Source: Candidatus Latescibacterota bacterium
GTDB lineage: Bacteria > Latescibacterota > UBA2968 > GCA-2709665
Direction of reading: 5' to 3'
Assembly (NCBI GenBank): GCA_965208835.1
Contig: OZ242358.1
Span: 1,952,001-2,016,000 of the forward strand
DNA length: 64,000 nt
Each line of letters begins with the position of its first letter. The first letter of the stretch is position 1. Position numbers and translations under genes: made by a program. This document shows, piece by piece, positions 1 through 8,466 of this stretch. The notes under the pieces were generated by a model. It was not told the DNA's origin and did not search any database. It worked only from the letters and a program-made list of their open reading frames with translations.

Positions 1-448
1 CCGGCAGCAACAGGATCTTCATCAGATGGACCTGTTCGAATCCACGGTTGTCAGCAACTATCTGTTCGCAAGAAGCGGCATATACGCCCATGTCTGCCTG
101 AACGACGCCGAACTTTCTCTTTACGAACGAATGGCCGAGACACTTCACGAGAAGGTGCCGAGTCCCGATCTGGTAATCTACCTCCACAATTCAACCGACA
201 GTCTCCTTCAGCGCGTTCGCAAACAGACGCCTTCGTACGAGCGGCTGATGACTGAATCGTACCTCGCGAGGCTCGTCGAGGCGTATACGCACTTCTTCTT
301 TCACTATACCGAGTCGCCATTGCTCATCATCAATGTGTCGCAGGTCGACTTCGTGCGGAATCCGGCGGGACTTGAGGAACTGCTGCAGCAGGTGAAGGCG
401 CCACCTGCGGGCACCCGCTACTATCGTCCGTCCCGAATCGAGGCCTGA
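1..448 (+). CDS. Deoxynucleoside kinase family protein, 5'-truncated by window edge
   Basis: Frame is open from base 2. PDLVIYL...R...YE..Y...L...Y..FF.HY..SPLLIIN...DFV is the dNK C-terminal pattern, and the position upstream of panB is typical. Confidence 0.8.
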   Translation, partial: RQQQDLHQMDLFESTVVSNYLFARSGIYAHVCLNDAELSLYERMAETLHEKVPSPDLVIYLHNSTDSLLQRVRKQTPSYERLMTESYLARLVEAYTHFFFHYTESPLLIINVSQVDFVRNPAGLEELLQQVKAPPAGTRYYRPSRIEA

Positions 449-498
449 TCACGGAACGCGCGTTGAAAAGCGGATACGCAGGAAAGGGAGTTCAAGAG

Positions 499-1341
499 GT
501 GTCCGACGAGGAATTGCGAACCACCCCCGGCTTTCTGTCCGAGTTGAAGCGTCGGGGCGAACCCATCGCCATGCTGACTTGTTACGATTTTCCCACGGCG
601 ATCCTGCAGGACGCGTCGAACGTGGATATCATCCTGGTCGGAGATTCGGTGGGAATAAACATACTGGGATACGAAAGCCCACAGCAGGTCACCATGTCGG
701 ATATGCTACACCACACCCGCGCCGTCAGACGGGGAGTACGGCATGCGATTCTGTTGGCGGATTTGCCCTACCGGTCCTATGAAACGGATTCCCAGGCCGT
801 CGATAACGCCGGTCTGCTGGCGGATGCCGGGGCCGACATGGTCAAACTCGAGGGCGCCGAGGAAGTGGCTGGAAGGATCGAGGCAATTACGGTGGATGGC
901 ATGCCGGTTGTCGGCCACGTGGGCCACCTGCCGCAGACCTGGAAGGGAAACCGGCATGTCTATGGTGACAGTGCCGACGAGGCTGCCCGGGTCCTCGCCG
1001 GCGCGCTCGCCCTGGAGGCCGCGGGGGCGGTAGCCGTAGTTCTCGAGTGCGTTCCCGAGCAGGTGGCCCGCGTTGTTTCGCGCGCGCTGAGCATTCCCAC
1101 GATCGGCATCGGATCGGGTCGACGATGCGACGGTCAGGTGCTGGTCGCGCCGGATCTATTGGGTCTCAACGACTTTTCATTCAGGTATTCCAAACGGTAC
1201 GCGGAACTGGGACGAACCATCTGCGAGGCCTTTACGAGGTACGTCAGCGATGTAAAGGAAAAGCGGTATCCGGCCGAGGAGCACCGTTATCGAATCCGGA
1301 ACGAAGAGTTGCGGAAGTTCAAGGCCCTCGCGGAGGAATGA
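499..1341 (+). CDS. panB: 3-methyl-2-oxobutanoate hydroxymethyltransferase
   Basis: MLTCYD, ILVGDS, ADLPY, VKLEG, PTIGIGSG..CDGQVLV motifs. GTG start at 499 chosen after GGGAG; exact start uncertain. Confidence 0.95.
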   Translation: MSDEELRTTPGFLSELKRRGEPIAMLTCYDFPTAILQDASNVDIILVGDSVGINILGYESPQQVTMSDMLHHTRAVRRGVRHAILLADLPYRSYETDSQAVDNAGLLADAGADMVKLEGAEEVAGRIEAITVDGMPVVGHVGHLPQTWKGNRHVYGDSADEAARVLAGALALEAAGAVAVVLECVPEQVARVVSRALSIPTIGIGSGRRCDGQVLVAPDLLGLNDFSFRYSKRYAELGRTICEAFTRYVSDVKEKRYPAEEHRYRIRNEELRKFKALAEE

Positions 1342-1428
1342 ACCCGTCGTCCACTCGTAATAGACAATAACGTGGGGCGGGGATCTCCCGCCCTGCGTTT
1401 TTGTGTGGAGAAAGGCGGCCGCCGAACG

Positions 1429-2310
1429 ATGGAAACCGTCAGGGTCATACGGACCGTGCGTGAGATGCACCGGGTTTCGGACCGGATGCGAAAGAACGGA
1501 TTCCGGATCGGACTGGTACCCACCATGGGGTATCTGCACGAGGGCCATGCCAGCCTGATGCGTCAGATCGCGCGGGTAACCGACCGGACGGTCGTGAGTG
1601 TCTTCGTGAACCCTGCCCAGTTCGGGCCTGATGAGGATTTCCAGACGTATCCGCGGGATTTCGAACGGGACCTGGCGATGGTTCATGCCGAGGGAGGCGC
1701 CCTGGTCTATGCACCTTCGACGGCAGAGATGTACCCCGAAGGCTATGCAACGTACCTGGAGGTGGAAGGACTGCCTGACCATCTGTGCGGCGCGTCACGT
1801 CCAGGGCATTTCCGGGGCGTGGCCACGGTGGTGACCAAACTCTTCGCAGCCGTCAAACCGCACGTGGCCATATTCGGTCAGAAAGACGCGCAGCAGGCGG
1901 GTGTTGTCCGCAGGATGGTCAGAGACCTGAATCTGGACGTGGGAATTTTGGTCGCACCCACCGTGAGAGAAGTGGACGGGCTGGCCAAGAGTTCCCGAAA
2001 CCGCTACCTGACGCCCCGCAATCGCCGCGGTGCCACGGTGATCTACAGGGCACTGCAGGAAGGAAGAGATCTGGTGCTGCAGGGCGAAAAGCGCGCGTCT
2101 GTGGTTATTGACGCCATGAACCGCCGTGTGCGCCGGAGCCCGTTCGTGGAAGTCGATTACATCGCGGCGGTCGACGCCGAAGATTTCAGGCCCGTCGAAG
2201 CGTTCGGAGCCCGGGTGCTTCTGGCAGCGGCCGTCCGGTGCGGCCAGACCCGGCTCATCGACAATATTGTCGTGGAAACCGAAGGTCGGCCGGTTCATGA
2301 ACTACGATAA
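1429..2310 (+). CDS. panC: Pantoate--beta-alanine ligase
   Basis: VPTMGYLHEGH, SVFVNPAQF, RPGHFRGV, FGQKDAQQ, GLAKSSRN, RLIDN motifs. Confidence 0.97.
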   Translation: METVRVIRTVREMHRVSDRMRKNGFRIGLVPTMGYLHEGHASLMRQIARVTDRTVVSVFVNPAQFGPDEDFQTYPRDFERDLAMVHAEGGALVYAPSTAEMYPEGYATYLEVEGLPDHLCGASRPGHFRGVATVVTKLFAAVKPHVAIFGQKDAQQAGVVRRMVRDLNLDVGILVAPTVREVDGLAKSSRNRYLTPRNRRGATVIYRALQEGRDLVLQGEKRASVVIDAMNRRVRRSPFVEVDYIAAVDAEDFRPVEAFGARVLLAAAVRCGQTRLIDNIVVETEGRPVHELR

Positions 2311-2350
2311 GTGTAAGTTTTTGTTATAAGTAAGTGGGGATTGAAATCGC

Positions 2351-2379
2351 TTGACGATGTGCCTATACTTCGTTATATT
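2351..2379 (+). promoter_or_regulatory. Putative sigma70 promoter for sod
   Basis: TTGACG-N17-TATATT in an AT-rich spacer upstream of sod. Confidence 0.55.
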
Positions 2380-2451
2380 TTTTCATCTGAATGTCTGACT
2401 CAAGTGTCTGGTTCTGTCGCCCATCCTCAATCTACTCAAGGAGTGTACTCG

Positions 2452-3066
2452 ATGGCTTATTCACTTCCCGATCTGCCGTACAGTTATGATGCTCTGGAGC
2501 CTCATATCGACGCCCGGACAATGGAGATTCACCACGGCAGGCACCATAACACGTACGTGACCAACCTGAACAACGCACTGGACGGTCACGCCGATCTGGC
2601 CGCCCAGAGCGTCGAAGATCTGATCAGTAACCTCGAAAGCGTTCCGGAAGCTGTTCGTACGGCGGTCCGGAACAATGGCGGGGGCCACGCCAATCACAGT
2701 CTGTTCTGGACCGTGATGTCGCCGGGCGGGGGCGGCGAGCCTTCCGGAGACCTGGCCGACGCTATCAACGATGCATTCGGGAGCCTCGACGCTGCACGCG
2801 ACGAGTTCGTGCAGGCGGCAACGACCCGTTTCGGCAGCGGTTGGGCCTGGGTTGTCGTGAAGGACGGCGGACTGGCGATCCTCAGCACCCCGAACCAGGA
2901 CAGCCCGCTGATGTCCGGCGACGGCACTCCGATTCTCGGACTGGATGTCTGGGAGCACGCCTATTACCTGAATTACCAGAACCGGCGCCCCGACTATATC
3001 GAGGCCTGGGGAAACGTGATTGACTGGGACGCGGTGTCGGCCCGATTCGCCGAAGCGACTTCGTAG
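2452..3066 (+). CDS. sodA: Mn/Fe superoxide dismutase
   Basis: [51 protein letters not shown] precedes ATG 2452. Confidence 0.95.
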   Translation: MAYSLPDLPYSYDALEPHIDARTMEIHHGRHHNTYVTNLNNALDGHADLAAQSVEDLISNLESVPEAVRTAVRNNGGGHANHSLFWTVMSPGGGGEPSGDLADAINDAFGSLDAARDEFVQAATTRFGSGWAWVVVKDGGLAILSTPNQDSPLMSGDGTPILGLDVWEHAYYLNYQNRRPDYIEAWGNVIDWDAVSARFAEATS

Positions 3067-3082
3067 CCCGTCCCGCCCTTAC

Positions 3083-3228
3083 CAGCCCGTTGAAAAAGCC
3101 CGTCCGTGCTACGGGTTTCCCTTGGGGTCGAAAACCTGCGTTGCGCTACCTCGCCGAATCGCTCGATTCGACTCGGTCTCACGCCTTGTCTTCGGCCTCG
3201 TCAGCAGAGCGACTTTATCAACGGACTG
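3083..3228. mobile_element. MITE-like repeat family A, copy 1
   Basis: Ends CAGCCCGTTGAAAAAG / CTTTATCAACGGACTG form imperfect terminal inverted repeats, flanked by TTAC on both sides. Homologous to 20222-20381. Confidence 0.75.
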
Positions 3229-3314
3229 TTACCCCGAGCCGGAACAGCGTATGCCGCGGTTTTCCGGTTTGGATTTCGGGCCGGTCTTCTGGAATTACAC
3301 GAAAGGAACATCCC

Positions 3315-3791
3315 ATGGGAATCAAAGTAGGCGATCAGGCACCCGACTTCACCCTGAAGAGCAAACGGGGTGATCTCGAGGATGTCAGTTTAAGCAGTTT
3401 CGAAGGAGAAAAGAACGTTGTACTGCTGTTTTTTCCACTCGCTTATACCTCGGTCTGTACCGATGAAATGTGTTCGGTTAGTGGAGGACTTTCCGAATAC
3501 GACACTCTGAATGCTCAGGTGCTGGGTATCAGCGTGGACAGCCCCTTCGCCCAGGAGGCCTGGGCGGACGATAACGATATTTCCATCCAGTTGCTGAGCG
3601 ATTTCAATAAAGAGGTGAGCGCCGCCTACGGAGCTCAATATCAGGATCTCCTGGGTTTCAGGGGTGTTGCAAAACGCGCGGCGTTCGTTGTAGACAGGGA
3701 AGGGATTATCCGGTACGCGGAAGTGTCGGAAGACGCTACGGTGCTTCCCGATTTCGACGCTGTGAAACGTTGTCTTTCCGCAATCGGCTGA
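3315..3791 (+). CDS. Peroxiredoxin (AhpC/TSA, AhpE-like)
   Basis: VGDQAPDFTL, FFPLAYTSVCTDEMC, GISVDS, LLSDF, KRAAFVVD. RBS GAAAGGA. Confidence 0.9.
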   Translation: MGIKVGDQAPDFTLKSKRGDLEDVSLSSFEGEKNVVLLFFPLAYTSVCTDEMCSVSGGLSEYDTLNAQVLGISVDSPFAQEAWADDNDISIQLLSDFNKEVSAAYGAQYQDLLGFRGVAKRAAFVVDREGIIRYAEVSEDATVLPDFDAVKRCLSAIG

Positions 3792-3831
3792 TCGGCGGCG
3801 TTTCAGGATTCCCGAAAGGTTCGAGGGTACA

Positions 3832-4155
3832 ATGGTTACGGTCACCGAGGCTGCTGCGGTAAAGATCAAGGACCTGCTGGAGCGCGAAGGCGCCACGGAA
3901 GCTGGTCTTCGCATGAAGGTGGTCGGCGGCGGATGTTCCGGGTTGCAGTACCAGCTGGGCTTCGAAGACGGCCCCGGCGAAGACGACGACACCATCGAAT
4001 GCAACGGCGTCAGGGTGTTTGTGGACATGAAGAGCGCACTTTATCTCGCTGGGTCCGAACTGGATTATGACGACGGACTGATGGGAACGGGATTCAGAGT
4101 ATTGAATCCCAATGCCACGAATCAGTGTGGCTGTGGGGAGTCGTTTGGTGTATGA
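3832..4155 (+). CDS. iscA: A-type Fe-S carrier (IscA/ErpA/HesB family)
   Basis: GGGCSGLQY and C-terminal NPNA..CGCGESF. Confidence 0.9.
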   Translation: MVTVTEAAAVKIKDLLEREGATEAGLRMKVVGGGCSGLQYQLGFEDGPGEDDDTIECNGVRVFVDMKSALYLAGSELDYDDGLMGTGFRVLNPNATNQCGCGESFGV

Positions 4156-4207
4156 AGTGGGCCGGTTCGTTCAAAAGCGGTGGCCGGCTTGTTTCCGGCA
4201 TTAGGCG

Positions 4208-4240
4208 AGGGAGGGGTCCGGGCGGGATGCCTCCCTTTAT
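4208..4240 (+). terminator. Possible intrinsic terminator after iscA
   Basis: AGGGAGG...CCTCCCT stem followed by TTATT. Confidence 0.4.
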
Positions 4241-4435
4241 TGTCCGATCGATCAGTTGAACCGGAGTGTTATGTTGTTTTTGTTGCACATTGCTGGCGTG
4301 CTCCACAACGGGAGCAGGCAGCAAGTGGCTCTATCGGAGAATTCCGGAAAACCGGCGTCGCGTTGCCGCAGGGGGCGAGAGCGACAATTCACTGAGGAGC
4401 CAGACGTGCGTCAATCGATTGACCTGGATCTCAAT
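4238..4435. ncRNA. Candidate structured RNA upstream of rny (family unassigned)
   Basis: Several nested helices found by hand, including a three-way junction at 4326-4402; see findings. Confidence 0.3.
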
Positions 4436-4439
4436 CTTA

Positions 4440-4601
4440 GAGGCTGTCTTAAAATTCCCAGCGGTCTTCGCGCGGCTGCAAAAGCGGCGTTCAGCGTTGG
4501 TCAAACCCACCCGTATAGACAAATATGGGCGGATTTTCCCGCCTTGACCGCCACTTTTTCGCTCGCGCTCGGGAACTCACCGGTAATTTTAAAACAGCCT
4601 C
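4440..4601. mobile_element. MITE-like repeat family B, copy 1
   Basis: TIRs GAGGCTGTCTTAAAATT / AATTTTAAAACAGCCTC, flanked by TTA on both sides. Near-identical to 17854-18015. Confidence 0.85.
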
Positions 4602-4623
4602 TTACCGAACACGGGAGGCTTCA

Positions 4624-6423
4624 ATGGCACTGGATGCATACTCAGTCGGTCTTGCCATTGCATGCGCGATTCTCCTCTTCGCTGTCGGGTGGTTTTTATG
4701 CGCGAGGCTTAAAGCCCGCAGAATTCAGGAAATTGAACACCACACCGAGCGTCGGATTTCCAAGATGGTCGAGAAAGCCGGTCGGGAGCGCAGAGCCACA
4801 TTTCTCGAAGAGAAAAACAAATGGTACGACGCCAAAACGACATTCGAGCGAGAACTGGATAGCAAGCGGCGTGAACTGGAACAGCGGGATGAGGATCTCA
4901 ACGAAAAAGAGAACGGTATACTCGATCAGTACGAAAACCTCAAACTGCGAAACAAGGAGCTGAATCGCCGGGAGCGCGACGCACGGCAGCGCGCTGTCCG
5001 ATTGGATCAGAATCAGCAGGAACTCGAACAGGTGCTGGCCGAACAGCGCGCCCTGCTGGAACGCATATCCGGCATGAATGTGGACCGTGCCCGGGAAATG
5101 CTTCTGGAGTCCATCGAGACCGATCTCCGGCATACTGCAACCGCGATGGGCATGGAGATCATGGATCAGGCCCGGGAGCGGTCGGAACGTGAGTCGAAGA
5201 AGATCATCGCGCAGGCGATAGAACGATGTTCCACGGATCAGACCGTTCAATCGTCCATCTCGGTTGTGGCGCTGCCCGATGACGATATCAAGGGGAGGAT
5301 CGTCGGCAAGGAAGGGCGGAATATCATCTCTTTCGAGGCTGCGACCGGCGTGAAGGTCATCGTGAACGATACGCCGGAAGCCGTTGTGCTCTCCAGCTTC
5401 GATCCGGTGAAGCGGGATGTGGCGAGGCTGGCAATGGAGCAGCTCGTCAAGGAGGGACGGATCAACCCCAGCCGCGTGGAAGAGGTCGTGGCCGAATGCG
5501 AGGACCGGATCGAGACCCTTGTCGAAGAGGAGGGCCGACGCGCGGTCAAGGAAGTGGGCATCGATAATATGCACTCCGAACTGGTGTCGATGCTTGGACG
5601 TCTGAAATATCGGACGAGTTACGGTCAGAGCGTGTTGGGGCATTCCAAGGAAGTGGCTTTTCTGGCAGGCGCGATGGCTGCGGAACTGCGGATGGACGAG
5701 ATGCTGGCGCGACGGGCCGGGCTGTTGCACGACATCGGCAAAGCGGTCGATCAGGAACAGGAAGGAACGCATACCGACATCGGCGTGGCTCTGGTTCGCA
5801 GACACGGCGAAGGGCAGGAGGTTGGAAATGCCATACTCTACCATCATGGAGACGCGGAAGCCAGTTCTCCAATCTCCTTCCTCGTAAAGGCTGCGGACGC
5901 CATTTCCTCGTCGCGTCCGGGCGCCCGCCGCGACGACGCCGAAGGGTACATTCGAAGGGTGCGGGATCTCGAGGATATCGCCCGCGGTTTCCAGGGTGTT
6001 CGAGACGCATATGCCATCAATGCCGGCCGCGAGATCCGGGTGATGGTGAATGCAGGAAGGGTGGACGATGAACGCGCGAAGGCCCTGTCCTTCGAAATTG
6101 CGCAGCGCATCAGGGAGGGAATGACCTATCCCGGCGAGATTCAGGTTACGATTATCCGGCAAACCGTCGCCACACAGTGGGCAGGACGTTCCAACAAGAG
6201 ACGCAAGGGCAGATCCCGAAACAGGAGAGGAGAACGCCGATATGAAAAAGGTCGGTCACGAAATGACGCTGACCGAAAGAATGTATCTTCCGGCAATCAC
6301 AAAGGGTCTGTCACTGACCTTCCGTCATCTGCTCGGCAAGAAGATAACGATGCAGTATCCGGAGGAAACCTGGACAAAACCCAGCGGATACCGAGGGCTG
6401 CACAAGCTAACGAAGGACGATAA
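4624..6423 (+). CDS. rny: Ribonuclease Y, with a C-terminal extension overlapping nuoI
   Basis: N-terminal TM helix, coiled coil, KH domain (KGRIVGKEGRNI), HD domain (LLHDIGKA), ADAISSSRPGAR, AINAGREIRV. ATG 4624 follows GGGAGG. Confidence 0.95.
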   Translation: MALDAYSVGLAIACAILLFAVGWFLCARLKARRIQEIEHHTERRISKMVEKAGRERRATFLEEKNKWYDAKTTFERELDSKRRELEQRDEDLNEKENGILDQYENLKLRNKELNRRERDARQRAVRLDQNQQELEQVLAEQRALLERISGMNVDRAREMLLESIETDLRHTATAMGMEIMDQARERSERESKKIIAQAIERCSTDQTVQSSISVVALPDDDIKGRIVGKEGRNIISFEAATGVKVIVNDTPEAVVLSSFDPVKRDVARLAMEQLVKEGRINPSRVEEVVAECEDRIETLVEEEGRRAVKEVGIDNMHSELVSMLGRLKYRTSYGQSVLGHSKEVAFLAGAMAAELRMDEMLARRAGLLHDIGKAVDQEQEGTHTDIGVALVRRHGEGQEVGNAILYHHGDAEASSPISFLVKAADAISSSRPGARRDDAEGYIRRVRDLEDIARGFQGVRDAYAINAGREIRVMVNAGRVDDERAKALSFEIAQRIREGMTYPGEIQVTIIRQTVATQWAGRSNKRRKGRSRNRRGERRYEKGRSRNDADRKNVSSGNHKGSVTDLPSSARQEDNDAVSGGNLDKTQRIPRAAQANEGR

Positions 6424-6739
6424 GGGTCGCCCGAAGTGCGTCGCGTGCTACATGTGCGCCACGGCCTGTCCGGCGGAATGCATCGCCATCGAGGCCGAGG
6501 AAGCGCCCTGGGAGGACCGCGAGAAGCATCCCAAGCGATTTGACATCGATATGCTTCGATGCATCTTCTGCGGTATGTGCGTTGAAGCCTGTCCTGAAGA
6601 CGCGATCGTCATGACCGAGCGAACCGAGTTGGTGGCGGAGAGCCGCGCCGAGCTGATTTACACCAAAGAGAAACTGCTGGCCGTGGAAGACCGGGTAACG
6701 CTTACGCCGCCTCGAAGGCCACTCGAAGACGCCCGATGA
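6242..6739 (+). CDS. nuoI: NADH-quinone oxidoreductase subunit I (2x[4Fe-4S])
   Basis: TMQYPEE, YRGLH, CVACYMCATACP, CIFCGMCVEACP. RBS AGGAG precedes ATG 6242. Confidence 0.9.
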   Translation: MKKVGHEMTLTERMYLPAITKGLSLTFRHLLGKKITMQYPEETWTKPSGYRGLHKLTKDDKGRPKCVACYMCATACPAECIAIEAEEAPWEDREKHPKRFDIDMLRCIFCGMCVEACPEDAIVMTERTELVAESRAELIYTKEKLLAVEDRVTLTPPRRPLEDAR

Positions 6740-6761
6740 GCAATCGGGTGGTTGGACGACC

Positions 6762-7142
6762 ATGGCCGAGACCTACAGCGAGATTGCGCTCGATCATTTC
6801 AGGAATCCGCGTAACGCGGGTACCATGCACGATGCGGACGGCGCCGCCTCCGTCGAGAATCCGGCGTCCGGCGCGGTGGTGTCGCTTCAGCTTAGAATTG
6901 TCGACGAACGCGTCGTGCACGCGATGTTTCAGTCTCAGGGCTGCACGGCCACCATCGCCGCGGCTTCGGCAGTAACGGTAATGGTTTCGGGCCTCCCGGT
7001 TGCGGCTGCAGGGGCGGTCACAAGGGCGGAGGTGGAGGGCAGGCTGGGCGGACTCCCGCCCACAAGAAGACACGCGGCCGCGCTGGCAATCGATGCAGTC
7101 AGGGCGGCAATCGCGGATTTCAGGGCCCGGGTGGGTGTCTGA
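6762..7142 (+). CDS. IscU/NifU-N-like protein retaining only one Cys
   Basis: YSEIALDHFRNPRNAG, F...GC..TIAAAS and LGGLP...H match the IscU fold. The other two Cys positions read S and A. Confidence 0.8.
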   Translation: MAETYSEIALDHFRNPRNAGTMHDADGAASVENPASGAVVSLQLRIVDERVVHAMFQSQGCTATIAAASAVTVMVSGLPVAAAGAVTRAEVEGRLGGLPPTRRHAAALAIDAVRAAIADFRARVGV

Positions 7143-7164
7143 GGGTCTTGAGCCGATTGCACAG

Positions 7165-7198
7165 AAAAGGACAGGGTACGTCCATTCCCTGTCCTTTT
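7165..7198. terminator. Hairpin, terminator-like on either strand
   Basis: AAAAGGACAGGG-N10-CCCTGTCCTTTT perfect 12-bp inverted repeat. Confidence 0.55.
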
Positions 7199-7215
7199 GG
7201 GCTTGTTTGGCGGCC

Positions 7216-8466
7216 ATGGCGAAGAATTCGGAAACTGAACAGCAGAAATTGACCGAGCAGATCAAGCGAAAAGCGCGCGGGATGGGTTTCAGCCCCGTGG
7301 GCGTCGCCCCTGCCGGTCCGCCAGACCACTGGGGCTTCTATCTGGACTGGCTGGCGAAGGGGTATGCCGGCCAGATGGCATATCTTGGCCGGAATCTCGA
7401 CCGTAGGTCGCATCCCGAACAGGTCCTGCCGGGTGCCAGAACGGTCCTCTGTGTGGGAATGAATTATGATCAGGAGAAGGGTGCGCCGCCCGACGGCGAG
7501 CGGACCCGGGGCAGGATCTCCAGGTATGCGAGGGGCGACGATTACCACGACCTGATGACCGCCCGGCTGAAGAGACTGCTGGAGTGGATTCAGACGCTGG
7601 AGCCGGGGGTGAAAGGGCGGGTCTACGTCGACACGGGACCTGTCCTCGAGCGCGATTTTGCCGCCCGTGCCGGCATAGGGTGGTTCGGAAAGCACACCAA
7701 CCTCATTCATAAGCGCAGAGGTTCCTGGTTTTTTCTCGGCGAGATTCTGCTGACCGCGCCCCTGGTTTACGATCGTCCCGTTGCCGACCATTGCGGGACC
7801 TGCACGCTATGTATGGACGCCTGCCCCACCGATGCGATTCCACAGCCCTACGTACTGGATTCCAACCGGTGCATCTCGTACCTGACGATCGAATTGAAGG
7901 GCGCGATTCCGAGACGTTATAGAGAGAAAATGGATGACTGGATCTACGGATGCGATATTTGCCAGGAAGTCTGTCCATGGAACCTTAAACAAGCCAGGCC
8001 TACCGCGGAGCCGGCGCTGAAAGCCCGCGCGGGTCTGGACGCGCCCGAACTCACCGCATTACTTGCCATGGACCAGACGGACTTCAGCCGGAGATTTCGC
8101 GGAAGCCCGATCAAACGCGCAAAACGGCGCGGATTGTTGCGCAACGCAGCCGTGGCTCTGGGCAATCGCGGCACGACCGCCGATATTCCCGCATTGACGG
8201 CAGCGTTATCCGATGCCGAACCCCTCGTCCGCGGCCATGCGGCCTGGGCGCTCGGCCGCATCGGGGGGCCCGCAGCGCGCCGTGCGCTATCAGAAGCACG
8301 CGGCTCCGAGACGGACGCGGCCGTCCGCGACGAAATCGGACAGGCGGTGGACGAAATCGACCGGGGGACCGAATCAGGGGGACCCCGCAACCGCACGCGG
8401 GAAGATCGCGAGACATCCGAGGCGCACAGACATTCCGGAGTGCCGCATGCAGCTTCTCGACATTGA
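7216..8466 (+). CDS. queG: Epoxyqueuosine reductase
   Basis: ISRYARGDDYH, VDTGPVLER, GSWFFLGE, CGTCTLCMDACPT, RCISYLTIE, GCDICQEVCPWN, HEAT-like C-terminus. Confidence 0.95.
   Translation: MAKNSETEQQKLTEQIKRKARGMGFSPVGVAPAGPPDHWGFYLDWLAKGYAGQMAYLGRNLDRRSHPEQVLPGARTVLCVGMNYDQEKGAPPDGERTRGRISRYARGDDYHDLMTARLKRLLEWIQTLEPGVKGRVYVDTGPVLERDFAARAGIGWFGKHTNLIHKRRGSWFFLGEILLTAPLVYDRPVADHCGTCTLCMDACPTDAIPQPYVLDSNRCISYLTIELKGAIPRRYREKMDDWIYGCDICQEVCPWNLKQARPTAEPALKARAGLDAPELTALLAMDQTDFSRRFRGSPIKRAKRRGLLRNAAVALGNRGTTADIPALTAALSDAEPLVRGHAAWALGRIGGPAARRALSEARGSETDAAVRDEIGQAVDEIDRGTESGGPRNRTREDRETSEAHRHSGVPHAASRH

Noticed and set aside
3090-3314. In-frame N-terminal extensions running through MITEs (peroxiredoxin, rny, hpr, dusA, hydantoinase B, 19346-20548)
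   Set aside because: Each gene has a downstream start where family similarity begins, mostly with an RBS. There is no evidence the repeats are translated.
4326-4402. Glycine or SAM-I riboswitch
   Set aside because: Only superficial resemblance (GGAGA...CTGAGG). Core consensus motifs are missing and the downstream gene does not fit, so it is kept only as an unassigned structure.
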